Positions 51,601-64,000 of a stretch of 64,000 bases of DNA are shown here, piece after piece. Positions within the stretch are counted from its first letter, which is position 1, and every line of letters begins with the position of its first letter. Both the position numbers and the translations under genes were made by a program. The notes beneath the pieces are model-generated. The model worked only from the letters and a program-made list of their open reading frames with translations. It did not search any database and was not told the origin of the DNA. Source of the stretch: Tubulanus polymorphus (taxonomy: Eukaryota > Animalia > Nemertea); the NCBI RefSeq assembly GCF_964204645.1, contig NC_134028.1, forward strand, positions 23,184,345 through 23,248,344, given 5' to 3'.

Positions 51601-54600
51601 ATTCAGTTTTGTTATGAATGATAGTCATATCACCGGGACCAACGCAGTGAAAGAACTTTCCTTTAAACAACTGAAATAGATAGTCGGAAGAACATCACGA
51701 TATGGTTGCTGAGTAAAGTGAACTGGTGACATGGTGAGTTATTCCGTTGAACTTACCTGAACACCCAGAATTCCAAAAATGATGAAAAATGTACAGCAAA
51801 TGAGAACGATATTACCGATAGGTCGTAGAGATGATAGCAATGTCTGAACTACTAATTTCAATCCTGGGGCTCGACTTATAACTCTGAAAAGTAATCATAA
51901 CAATCATAGCTGCGGTTCATTTGAAAGGATTCAGATCCGATATCTGATTGGAAACGTTACCTCAAAGGTCTAAGAGTTCGTAGAAGTCTGAATACTCGTA
52001 ATATACCAAATATTCTACTACTGCTTCCGGCTATCCACGTTATCATTATATCAATGAGTGAAATAATGACGAGAAAGCCGTCCATGATGTTCCAACCGCT
52101 TTTCAGATAAGCATGCCGTCCGAGCACGAAACCTTTCGCGCTTACTTTCACGGCCATTTCAAAACTGAACACAACTGTGAAGACGTAGTTTGCCATCGTC
52201 AGAAACACACGCTCCTGTCAATATAGGGCTGTAGGTCATTATCTAATATAACATTGGCAGTTATCAGGTTAGAGAATGGATGATGGTGATGATACTTACG
52301 GCGCTTCGAGGTGGAATACTCGGCCTTTCCATCGCCAACGTTATACAATTTAAAGCGATGAAGAATAAAACTGTATAATCGAACCATTTCCTCGTTACGA
52401 GGTGTTGACACAACTGGCGAAAACTGGAAAACCGAAAGCGAATGAACTCGACTGATTTCAACAAGTCAGAGAAATAGGTAACTGGTTATTGAGTTGTACA
52501 TACCGATGTTCAGGAGGCAAGATATAGCAAGCCCATTCCATTCGAGTGAGGAAACATCCTTTCGGTTCGGGGCAACACGAACAGGCGCAATTCTGAAATA
52601 TGTTCGGCGATACATCAGCATTTAGAAAATACAACAGAAGTCAGAGAACATACATGAACGCAAATACATGTACAGAATCCATTGCCGCAGAGATGTAGTA
52701 CGACAGACCAGGGGAGCATCAGGGGCTAGAAATATAATTCATAGTATTGAAGATTGAACGGTGGTTCATACAGAATCCGACGACCAACAATATTGTAGAT
52801 TAGCATACACAACGATATCAAGATATGTATACGATAGTTTAAATCTATAAGCAATAGAAACGTCGTTTTCTTAATATTCGGAAGAGATGTTCATTAATTT
52901 GACATTCACGATCGCCACCGTAATGAGTTAGTCAGGCAGTAATATCGAAAGGTCTCGCTCTGTATCGGTCATCGTGTTAGTAAAATGACACCCAACTACA
53001 ATTCTATAAGATAAACTACCACTATATACAATATAACTACCAACTGACACAAAATATATATTCAATAACATTATATTCATATATACGTAATAAAATCGTG
53101 GTGTAGTTTCTAATATAGTGTTGAACTTATTGGTGCATAACATCGTTGGGTGTATCATATAATATACATGTACATTATCAGCATTTCCGTATCACAGGTG
53201 TTTTAATGCACGCACGTACAAAATAAAGATTCATCATTAGAGAGACAGGATGGAGGAGGGGGTGCTGGATTATATAGATCACTGAATGCCACGATGGTTT
53301 GTAGACATCGAACTCAATCCATCGAGTCCACAAAATGAACGTTCTGTCTATAAGAGAGTAGAGTTTGATCGATGGATTGCGTGGAATCTGATAGCGTTGT
53401 ATTTACTGAGGACCCTGAAGCTAGAGATGGGTTGATAAGAAAACGGTAGATTTCTGTCACCATGCGGGGAGATACATGCGCACTGCAAGAACGGGGGCTG
53501 CATGAGCTGAAAAAAACGGGTGTGTCATCATCGATTATATCATTCATCGGGAAAAGGAACCTGAACTATATAGAAAAAATAACCAGGCCCGTGTCGAAGA
53601 GGGTTCGGGGGTGGCGAACGAACCTCCTTGAATTTTACAAGTATCCTTCAAAAAATCAGTGTAAAAATATTTGGGTCTTCAAAAAAGCTCGGCACGGGCC
53701 TGATTACTGCCAGGATCGCCACACGTTCAGTTTTCAATATGAATATATTGTTTTTTTTTCGATACCTGGCAGTTAATCGAAACTACGCAGAACTACTTTG
53801 GAGTAAAAAATCATCGAATGGTTTTCTTAAAATCTTTCAATGAAATAGATAAAATTCTACGTAGTAAAAAACTCGTGACGTGTTCATGCGTTATGATTAT
53901 ACTACTGAAATGTCACTACAACCAATGGAGAGATGCACCTCAGGAGGATAGCACCTTCGAATAATTTCTAGTTTTGAGACTACTATACCTTTTCCAACCA
54001 CGTTAATTTCTGAAATCATAGTTTCACAGTTATATATATATATATATATAGAGAGAGATATATAGATAAAGATACATTCATGAGTGTTTCTAAATATTAT
54101 ATATAATGTTAGAACAGCAAAGGAGAAGTGAAATATGCCCAAAGTGTGTCCTTCCGTGAATGCTTTCTAGAAGGACATTTTTAGTAGTACACATTCCGTA
54201 TTATGATGTCTCAGAATTAGAACGAAATACACAGGTCAAATCGGTGTTGATGGTGTCCGGCAGATCAGTGTGAACATCAGTGTGAGAATTGTGATACGAT
54301 TTAACTTACACTGATAGAAGGTTTTGAACTCTTGAGACAGGAGGAGAATGAAAAGACGTATTTCATGATCAGTTACGTATGCAATATGTGGTTAACATTA
54401 GAGCATCAAAGTCAAAATGACGATGATCACATCAACACAGAATTGATAGATATCTTTCGTTTGATTGTTGAATATGAATAAAGTCATTAAGTGAACTTTG
54501 AGAAATATGTTTTTAAAGATGCCGTGGATGAAATGATTGGTTGCAAAATGGCATGCATGCTGGCAGCGCGATATGCGTATCTCATTCACTTCTTAGAGAA

Positions 54601-57600
54601 AACTGCAGCGATTTGCCACGAAATGTGAATTCACATTTCGTTTTATCTGAATAAATTTGTGAAAGATGAAATTGATGATGAAAAATTGAAATAAAATAGA
54701 TAAATATATGATTGAAGAGATAGCTTCCAAATCACGAAATGGACCACCACAAAAACAATTCAAAATGATTTTTATTTTTCGTGAATTCGTCGTTCTTAAA
54801 CTTACTACGGAAGAGTTTTGCTGATGAACCAGAGGTTTTTTCTGACGAGGAGATAAACATTGATTTCAAATGAGCAAATAGTATTTCGACCTTGTTTAGA
54901 TTTAGAGAGGGCTTGTGTTTCACTTTAAAATTAGTTTGCCATCATCTGATCTGAAATTTTCTTTCGGAATAATTTCATCCACTTTCATCCAAAACATTTA
55001 CAAATGATGATAAACTGAATTGACTCCATAAAGACTAACAGCCTTCACCAGAACTGGGTTTACCATTAAGCACAAATAAGAAGCAAACTCGGACGTTACG
55101 CCACTGATGATTCGAGGATTATACATTATACACAGTTTGGTACATATTCATACATAGCATAGTAAAAACATGGTCTACGTCTAATAAGTCTTCAAACAAC
55201 AAGATTCCAAAAAATTGTAATATATAGACTAATATGATAATTGAATTGTTAGTTTTAATTCGTATATATGATTATTATGCATCAGGCATGGATGTATCTA
55301 GTTATATTCGCATTCATTTTTATCATTCGAAATATTCCTCTGAGCTCGAAAGCAATCGTTTCAGATACCTACCACTTCATCCATCGCATCCAGATCTTGG
55401 CCGTCTTCGCTCTCTTCTTCGGTGACCTTGACCTGTGGTACGTCGTTCAGGTTGTTCTGTTTGTATTCGTCTTTCGGAGTTCCGCTTCCGATTGAGTTTT
55501 GGGGACTCAGCGTGCAGCGACTGTTGATCGAGTTTTGTCGACTCAGGGTCAGCGAGTTGTTACGACTCAAGTTACTGCGGTAACTAGTTACCGAGTTCTG
55601 GCGACTCAAATCGCCGTGACGCTTGATCGAATTCCGAGGACTCAGCGTCTTGAGACTTTTGATGGAATTTTGAGGACTTAATGCCCTTTGATTATTCAGC
55701 GGGGCATGTCCATTACAATCACTGAAAATAGAAATTTCACATTTCATATTCACCGACTAGAAAATTGTCTGCAAGAAGGTCAAGGTCGCATGGGCAATTT
55801 TGCCAAACAGAAAATCAGATATCTACTGAACGGTTATTCCGTTAAAAACAATGAAATTGTGCTTTTTTCAGGTATTCTACACAATGAATGGCGTTGTTAG
55901 AATCATAAGATGATTTTTTTTTCAATTATTTCTAGCAAATTATACAAATAAATATAAATTCAATCGTCTTCATGAAGGCAAATTATGTTTATCTTTATCA
56001 AATTGCACTAGTGAACTACTGCTGCTAACTGTTATGAATTCGGAATGAAGAAAATCGGTTTTTTTAGTGAGTGAAAGGACTGCACAAAAGGATGGATGGT
56101 CATTGTGTGAGTTGAGAGATAATCCATGCGTCTCGTACAACGACATTCACGGCACACTGGGAACTTCATCATCCATCACCTTACATGCCCACGAATGTAC
56201 AAGCTCAAGATGTAACAAAAGATAATAATGTCATGTCTAAGGGGGCAATTACAATATATGCATACATCATACTCTGCTTTTAAAAAAAATAATCAGATAG
56301 CATACGAAATGACAAGGGAATATCAAACTGAATTACTGGATCATTTTGTTCACAAAAATCAGTGCAATGTGAAAACCTTCTATACACTAGAGATCTAGTT
56401 ACGATGGTCATCATCTGGTCAAGGGGTATATTGACGGTGCTGGGGTCACAAATGCAATCTCGTACCGCAAGGACAATTTATCAAGTCAATCTAAATATTG
56501 AATGGTTGTTTTTTAGTTCATGCTGGTCTTGTTCATTTTATGGTCGGTCGGTGCAAAGCAAACTCAAACCAACCAACGTCAAAATGGCGTCAAATCGTTC
56601 CTAGAAAAGACTCTGCGGACAGCATGCAATTAATGTTGATGGATATATACGGTTTGTGTGTGAACTGGGGGAAACAATACAGTGTATCATGCACTGGTGA
56701 TCAAAACACGGGAAAATGTTTTTGGCGATCGGTCACCAAACATCACCGAATCGTAGATTTGTATACCTATAAGTCGGACTACTAGTACAACTAGAATTTG
56801 GTGTCTTGCACGTGTATATAACGGAACACTGCAGATTATCTGTGCTGCCCTTGACACCTAGAACCAAGATACGCGGGGGCGGTGGGCGAACAGTAACCAC
56901 ATTGCTAGCGGAAAAAAAAAGAAAAAAGAGAAATGTCACAAAAACAGAGAAGAGAGAAACGAGAAACTAGGCTGAAAATGCACAGCGTATATAGAGTCAA
57001 GAATCTTCAATATGTGTGTATTTGTCACTGTTGAAATTCTGTGCTCATTTTTGCATTTTCATATTCTATTTGTAAAAAAAAAACACATCGCGAAATAGAT
57101 TCTCTCGTACCTGAAAAAATAGGTTACAGTTGTAGTAGAACTACAGCGACGGAGACAAGAAAAATAAGATACATTAAAGAGAGCTACGGAAAGTCTTGCG
57201 CTGATCGGACAATATTGAAAGTTCTAATCTAAAAAAGCCGTCGAGAGTTCTATGAGTTTATCATTGAAAAGCGGGGGATTTTCGTCAGCAAGAGGCGCTA
57301 AAATCTCATAATATATAGGACTAGCAAATTCAGAATATCGGACATCCTGACTACACTGCCTTTACATTCGGTTTGTAGCGATGGTAAAAAGTTGGTAAAG
57401 AAACAACAAAGAAACCAAGTGAAGAACGGGCGGTAAATAAGTTCACCAGTTCATCAATGTTATACAGTTAACAAACACAATTGATTTAGTACATTGATCG
57501 CACATGCAGAAAACATCGAAATCAATAAACAAATCGGTATTTACATCGTTAATCTGAAAAATGGAAGAGATCTAAGTTAGTCAGCACTACTGGAGATGAC

Positions 57601-60600
57601 TGAATGAATCACGAGAGTGATGATGAAGATGTTGACGATGGCAATGATAGCAATAGGGAAGTTTCCAGTTTCCAGGCGCCATTTTGAGGCGGTCCTGCGG
57701 GTTGGCCTCAAAATGGCGCCTAGAAAACTTCCCTATTCTTAAAGCATGCTTAACACACACACATTGCAGCCTATTTCAGTGTGGTTAATTTCAAGTCATT
57801 TCAGTAACCACCGCAAGTGAGATACGCTTATCGTAGCTTCATTCGTCAATGGTCAAAATCTAATACTTTACCTGTAATTATTGGAATTTCTTCGACTGGA
57901 ATGGTACGACTTTTGACTAACGTTATCCCCTTCATCGGCGCTATCGCTCTCATCCACTAAACTCGTCTTATCGCCTTTATTTTTGTTCTTCAGGCGCCAC
58001 GAATTGTTCTTGCTGCCCGTTCGTTTCAGCCCCGGAGAATTTTTCGGCGAATTTCGTAAACTGCTGCGATTGCTCTGCGAGGAAAAGGAAGGTCGAGAAT
58101 GTCACCGAGCGTTGGGACGATCTTTCTCCCTGGGGCCAGTTTTATAGACAAGCGCTGACTTCAAAACAGGAGGAGTTGACTCAATTGACTACGAATTGAC
58201 CTAACCGTCGATCGGGTTGAAAGTAACGCTCGTCTATAGAACAAGGTCATGGTATCATTTGAAAGTAAATCGCTTAAACTTACAGACGCTTTATCCAAGG
58301 AATCGATGGACGCTGAACTCATATGAAATGATTGGGTAATTGCTAGTTTATTGTTTATGTCTTTCGGTGCAGTGAGAGCTTCGTTCGGTGAGCCTTGAGG
58401 AGTAGCCATGGGCGTAGCGGCTGTGTGCGTTATGATCGGCGGTGGATTCAGTGGACCATCATTAGTTACGTTGATATCTTTGATAGTTATATCACAGGGA
58501 CTCAGTCCTAACATCTTACGCTCTGAAAACGATTTACAAATATATATTCGAGTAAAGATCTATTGACGTTGTCTTTCTGACTCGTAAATGAGAGAAAATG
58601 GTAATACCTTTTTCTTGATTATTTTTGAGATCATCTAATTGCTTCTTTTGTTCTTCTTCCAGTTTTTTCTTCTCTTCTTCTTTCTCTTTTTTCTTCTCTT
58701 CACCCTGATGATCAAAAGCGGCAAAATCATTCATATTTTACACTTTATTGTATTCAAAAAGAGCTTTTCAAAAGTTGTAGGCACAAAAATATGAATGGCA
58801 CGTTATTTCTATACCCTTTTAATACAGCAAATAATCAAGAGTTAATATATATCTAATCAATTCAGACTCTTGAACTAGTCCGGGAAGTTAATAAGGATTT
58901 CATTTAAGGAGGTTTTAAAAACCACTTTCGCGCGGGCACACTGGCTAGCCCCTGAAGGGTTTAAGAGTTTCTTGGTACGTACCTCAGCAGAAAAGCCTTC
59001 GACTAAGATAGCGACCAGCAGGTTGAACAGTACATAATTACCGAAGGTCATCAAAGCTATAAAGTAGAGAGCTGCCCAAGCCGATGTTTTCTCCATACCA
59101 TTGTACAAAACGGTGTTCCAATCTTCTTGCGTGAGGATCTAAAAAATCATAAGAATGCAACTTCTAATGCTTGAAGACATTACGGATCAAAATGTCATCA
59201 ATCAATTCAATTCACAAATATATACCACAGTTAAGTCATAAATATAACACCATCAAATGATACTTACATGTAGCCTGTAAACAGGAACAGTTTTAAACAT
59301 TTGATTAAACAAATTTTCTAGCAAACCATGCGGATAGAAAACTGAAGTGTAGCATGCATGAAGCATCAGTGAGCGGAAGAAAAGATTGGAAATATGGTAG
59401 TATGGTAGAATGAAGTGAATATGAAGGTGAGCTGGATTCTTTTTTTCTTTTTATCTACTTACCATATCAACTTGACACAATCAGAACTAACAACCGACGA
59501 TTTCAAATGAAGAAACATCGAACTTATTTTGACTATATATACTGTTACATTAGATGTACATTTCTAGTTCTCTTGTTTAGCCCAGGTGAGGACATTAACA
59601 TTTCAGGCAAACCATCTATAAATGTTTCTAGCTTCTATTCGACGCGATAGCACAAATGCGATCGTAACTTATCCATACTTAGGATTGTAAATCCCCTCAT
59701 TTGATGCTTGGTCACATCTCCTTAGCTTAGCAGTAGTTCGTTCAGGAGGTGACTGGGGACCGGATCTGACCAGATAATCTTGATATGTTCTCATCAGCTT
59801 CATGATGTTTTTAGCAGGCAAGGTTGGGGCATCGTATGCTTGATTTTGTGGATCTACTTGTGTGATAAGTGAATTGATTTCATGCAGGAATCATACTTTC
59901 AGTATATTTTTGTTCATTCCGCTATTATTCACAATTTACAACATAAAGAATCGGCATAAATATACACCATATAGTAAGTATAGAAAATGTCTGTGAATAT
60001 GTGTGCAGGGGTCGGCGGTAGGGCTTTTAGATCTTGGATGTTTTAAAATTCAACATTAATTCTTTTCCAAGAAGTTATCTGTACAAAGCAGACCAATAAA
60101 TCAAAATAGCCATCAGGCAGCCAAAACCAGAGAAAGGTCGCATTTCTCAGTCTCTATCGATAACATTCAGATATATGGACATTTAAGGCAGAAAGTCAGA
60201 ATTTCATATTTCAGATAAAAGGCAGAATATAGAAAAATCAGAAGATTGCAATGATTGAATTATAGCAGCAGCTGACATCAAAATTCAGTTGAAAATTCCC
60301 GATTATTGACCAAACATACAAAGCGTATTGAGATTGTAGTAGAAATTCATTCAAATTGCGCATACATCCAAGTTTGTTTTTAAATAATGGTAATATACAT
60401 ATTGCAAATAATTGAAGATGGCGAATACTTTCAGAGTTGCAACATCACAAACACAAGTATGTTTATGATGGTTGAATATAGTTTGCAATTTGTATAGTTC
60501 TTTTGTATTGAAGGGTTGAGTATGATATAAGTACAACGCTAGACGTACACAAGTAGGCAGGCAGACGGATTATCCGTCGATGACTCGTTTACGTTACCTG

Positions 60601-63600
60601 AAAAACTGTTACAAATGCCCACAACAATGTGTCGAAGTTCTGTCGTTCACATTTACACAAAAATGTACTGTTGAATGACTGACCGCAAGGGCAGTCCGTA
60701 CCATCCGGGAGCGAACACAATTTCCCGCCAAACAAATGCATGCCCAGTACACTAAGAGGCAACGAAAAACAGGAAACATGTAGCAACTATAACGTGTGAG
60801 TTGTGAAGACCGTGGGTACAGTCATCAGAGACGTCAGGAGGACCTGTTCGGCTGTTCGGGGGTAGAGGTGAAAGTAGATGAGGTCGCGGCGGAGATGATG
60901 AATGTTGTTTGAATAAGTAAGTGCTCAGAGGGTGAGAGAGAGAGATATATATACGTATATAGAGATAGACAAAGACACGGATGAAAGTAATGAAGATATG
61001 AACATTATAGACGACATATTGTATTCCAGCAAGAAATTGTTAACGTGGCGATAAACTAAGTATCCAATACCATTCATGGGTTACATCTGGACCGGTCGAA
61101 TCCAATCTTAATTGGTCCAAAATAGGCTTGGCATGAAGCAAAAACGTGATGATGTTTTAACTGTGCCCTTGGATTTGACGGATAAAGATCAACGGCTGGC
61201 AATACGAATTCTTTGCTTAGACATTTAGTTCATTTTAGTCGTTTATACATCGGCGTTCTGAATTACATCGCATCTTAAGAATGATTGCTTCGATCAAAGA
61301 ACAGTAGACCTGAATTCAGTTCAGATAGAGGAATAGGCGCTGTATAACGTCTGAAACACCAACCCAGAACCACCAGGCAGTTTAAAACACGTCTATCAAA
61401 ATACAATTTCTACACTCCGCCACGAGAGCGTGGCTAATCGTATTCCGAGTCAATTACATCATCATTACAGAGTAATTTGCTGCATTCCAATCAATTTCTT
61501 ACCCAACCCATAGAAATGTAGTTTCGTATCCCAACCCACCGTAGCATGCACAACCATAGCACTTTTGTCATCCGTTTAGTTGAAGCAGGGGGAAGCTTCT
61601 AACTGGTCGAAGCAAAAATATTCATTTTACGTCGAATTCTAATATGCCAGGGAGAAATTCCAGTTGAGATGCAACAAACTATATAATAGCATCGATTTAC
61701 CAGTCTCTTTGTAAATTGGAAAAGATTCTGGATTGTATTCAAAATTCACCTGTTAAATTGTACGCGAGACTGATATACCGAGCGACATTTCTTTTAAACA
61801 CTGAGTTTGGTGATTTGGTGCTGAAACAATAAGAAAAGCATAGCTTCGTGTTAGTAAAAAACATCATAGTCAAAGCCCACACTGAATGAGAGTTCCGTCG
61901 AAAGCAAGAGAGATAGAGATAGAGAGAGATTCACATACCAAAGAGTAATGACATGATCAGTATGGATGCGCCAGCCGCCACCAGTGCAAATACAGTGTTT
62001 ATCATCAGAACAATTTCGATATACAGAAAATATATCTTAGATACGAAAATACATTGGAGAATGGGAGAGGGATGGGGCGCTGTAACTGGTCCATACAGAT
62101 CAGATCACTGTTGAAAGTTTCCGAAAAGCGCGCATTTCACAATGAAACCTGATCCCATCATGCAGTAGTGCCGATTACTGTACCTGGAACACTGTAATAA
62201 TCGCCCATAGTAATGTATCAAAATTCTTCCTATCACAACGACGATGTCGACGAGTATTGGTCAGGCGAAACGACATGTCTTTCTCACAGAATTTACATCC
62301 AAACAGGTTCATTCCCAGAATACTGTACATTAAAATAAAACAATCGTACGATAAAGGTGCGAAGTTTGGGATTGAGTGATTGTCGCGCTGCAGACGTCCG
62401 AATCCGCGGCACCGAATGAAGTCGATCCGTCCGGTCATGCAGTTATATTCAAACATTCCGAGTGTTTCGAGGAGGGTAAAGAAACCATAAAAACTATCGC
62501 CAATACAAAAAACCCGTAATAACGATGAATACAAGTAATAATAATAAAACGAATATTAAAGATTGTCGATTTTACGGACGAACAAACGCGCACAAACATG
62601 ACAAAAAGCCTGAAATATATCTCGAAGCGGAATCAGTGCAGAAAAAGATCTAGCGACCACCACATGAAAAATCATTAATTAGTATAAAAAGACAACTTCA
62701 TGATCGGAAAAAATGGTTCATTTTATCCCCAAATCATTCCAACATGGCGAGTATATGGAAATTGAATATTTTGATTTTCATATTTGAGTGCATATCATAT
62801 TAAAATGTTGGAATGATTCGTTGATAACATGAGGGGAGAAAGAGAGAGAGAGAGAACGCACACGATTACAAGTACCACATTATTACAAATGGACCACGGT
62901 AGAAGGAAGGACTGAGGAAAGGTAGAAGACTGTGGTGTGTTACGAGTGAAAATGTAACATAGACGCGAACGCAATCATCGAGGTCATAACAGCCATCAAC
63001 TACAGGGTATCAAACCTTAGATTATTAAGGTATGAAACCCGTCCGAATCTAACGATTGAAAATCGACTAATTTTCATAAAACTGACTGCTGCAGTAGTTT
63101 CAATATGGTTTAAGGCATATTCTCAAAACTCCAGACCTTCTTGTGACAGGGTTAATTAGGATTTTCGGGGTTAACATTAAAAAAACAGGTCACTCCAACA
63201 TTCTGAAATAGATCTTTTCGTCATTTAACATTTAAGCGGAATTGATTATTTTGAATTAGAATATTCTAAGTTCGGTAAGTAAATCGTATTCTATTTCATT
63301 CGAGACTCACCTAAATATAAACATAAACAGAACCAATAGCGCAAAAAATGTAGCCACATTGTCCATAGTTCTGAGCATCACAACTAGCTGGCGCCTGAGC
63401 GCAGGCATGAATCGTACCAGTTTCAATATACGCAATAGACGGAATGTTCGTAATACGGAAAGACCTCCTTCTCCACCCTGTGCTAACTCAACAAGACTGA
63501 AATACATCAAATACATCTTCATTAATTCACGCTTTTATCGTTTGTCCCAGTCCGTTGTCTCGCGGTCGTTATTCATAAATTCATTATAGATATACATAGC

Positions 63601-64000
63601 ATTTATACAAATACATCTCGGTCCCGGGAGTGATACATATATGCAACATCAGCGACTTGTTTATTACTGTTCGGTATAAAAAATGGCTGTCCGCATACAC
63701 CTACCTAAGTATCACAATAAAACCATCGAAAACATTGAAACCGTTGCTTATGTAACCGAACACACCGTCGGCTAGGATTTTCATCAACATTTCAGTCGCG
63801 AACAAGGCGCTAAAGAACAAGTTGCTGTTTTCTAAGATATCGGTTAGGTACGGAGGCTGAAGAGAAATATTGAAAATATATATACATAGTCCTAAATAGG
63901 AGACGAAATGGACGGAAAATTTTGCTACGATTTTCGAAAAATACCTGGTTATGGTATTCAATGCCCATGCTCATCGTATTCACGAGAATAGCCATCAAAA
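39660..64000 (-). CDS. Cav3: Voltage-dependent T-type calcium channel alpha-1 subunit (Cav3, invertebrate ortholog of CACNA1G/H/I), domain II S1 to C-terminus, 5'-truncated
   Basis: Phase-consistent minus-strand exons 63945-64000, 63705-63856, 63311-63496, [62184-62322 or 60598-60751], 58983-59138, 58608-58704, 58284-58522, 57872-58074, (56767-56904), 55373-55721, 52504-52592, 52300-52423, 51961-52214, 51757-51883, 51539-51670, 51363-51452, 50852-51044, 48597-48748, 48382-48491, 47527-47657, 47014-47163, 46804-46925, 46158-46313, 44421-44552, 41763-41931, 39660-40666. S4 helices ([39 protein letters not shown]) are present. Pore loops ILTQEDWN (II, E), LASKDGWV (III, D) and VATGDNWN (IV, D) match the T-type x-E-D-D filter. 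Confidence 0.97.
43133..43594. mobile_element. hAT-like MITE
   Basis: CAGGCTGTCAAG ... CTTGACAGCCTA TIRs. Confidence 0.6.
53585..53702. mobile_element. Short hAT-like MITE
   Basis: CAGGCCCGTG ... CACGGGCCTG; a similar left end CAGGCCCGT occurs near 47244. Confidence 0.6.
54031..54066. repeat. (TA)n(GA)n compound microsatellite
   Basis: TATATATA...GAGAGAGATATATA. Confidence 0.85.
56767..56904 (-). CDS. Candidate 138-nt symmetric cassette exon in the Cav3 II-III linker
   Basis: Long pyrimidine tract plus CTAG acceptor and AG|GTATAC donor. The phase 2-2 open frame [16 protein letters not shown]...SSPTY fits the flanking exons. Confidence 0.6.
57652..57737. repeat. Short near-perfect inverted repeat (hairpin)
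   Basis: AATAGGGAAGTTT..AGGCGCCATTTTGAGGC-loop-GCCTCAAAATGGCGCCT..AAACTTCCCTATT. Confidence 0.8.
60598..60751 (-). CDS. Cav3 mutually exclusive exon 12b (domain II turret, five cysteines)
   Basis: AG..GT-bounded 154-nt exon encoding [52 protein letters not shown]; paralogous to 62184-62322 with the same phases. Confidence 0.9.
62184..62322 (-). CDS. Cav3 mutually exclusive exon 12a (domain II turret, three cysteines)
   Basis: AG..GT-bounded 139-nt exon encoding [47 protein letters not shown]. Confidence 0.9.

Noticed and set aside
53314-53547. ORF with a TTTTTTCAG acceptor in a Cav3 II-III intron
   Set aside because: No phase-compatible strong donor, and the in-phase frame reaches a stop; an alternative terminal exon cannot be excluded but is unsupported
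1-64000. Autonomous transposon, tRNA/rRNA genes, U12-type introns or prokaryotic systems
   Set aside because: No transposase/RT ORF or cloverleaf was seen, and all splice sites I traced are GT-AG without the U12 ATCCTT donor signature

Overview
Intron-rich eukaryotic DNA from a compact-genome invertebrate bilaterian; lophotrochozoan-like, but the taxon is inferred and not determined. The window holds three spliced genes. (1) The 3' part of the DNA-PK catalytic subunit PRKDC on + (about 50 exons, stop at 16122). (2) A complete RBBP6 on + (non-coding first exon near 16900-17022, ATG 18550, stop 33761; my 19-exon reconstruction gives about 1561 aa). (3) The 3' part of a T-type Ca2+ channel Cav3 on - (domain II S1 to the C-terminus, stop at 39660), converging on RBBP6. 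Introns carry many short MITE-like inverted-repeat elements, some nested. The most notable signals are: two minimal hammerhead-ribozyme folds in Penelope-like remnants, one with a compensatory U3-A8 core; an architecture for a DWNN-only RBBP6 isoform made by intronic polyadenylation; the mutually exclusive Cav3 turret exons 12a/12b, known to switch Na+/Ca2+ selectivity; and further candidate Cav3 and RBBP6 splice variants. All gene models were read by eye and have no transcript support.
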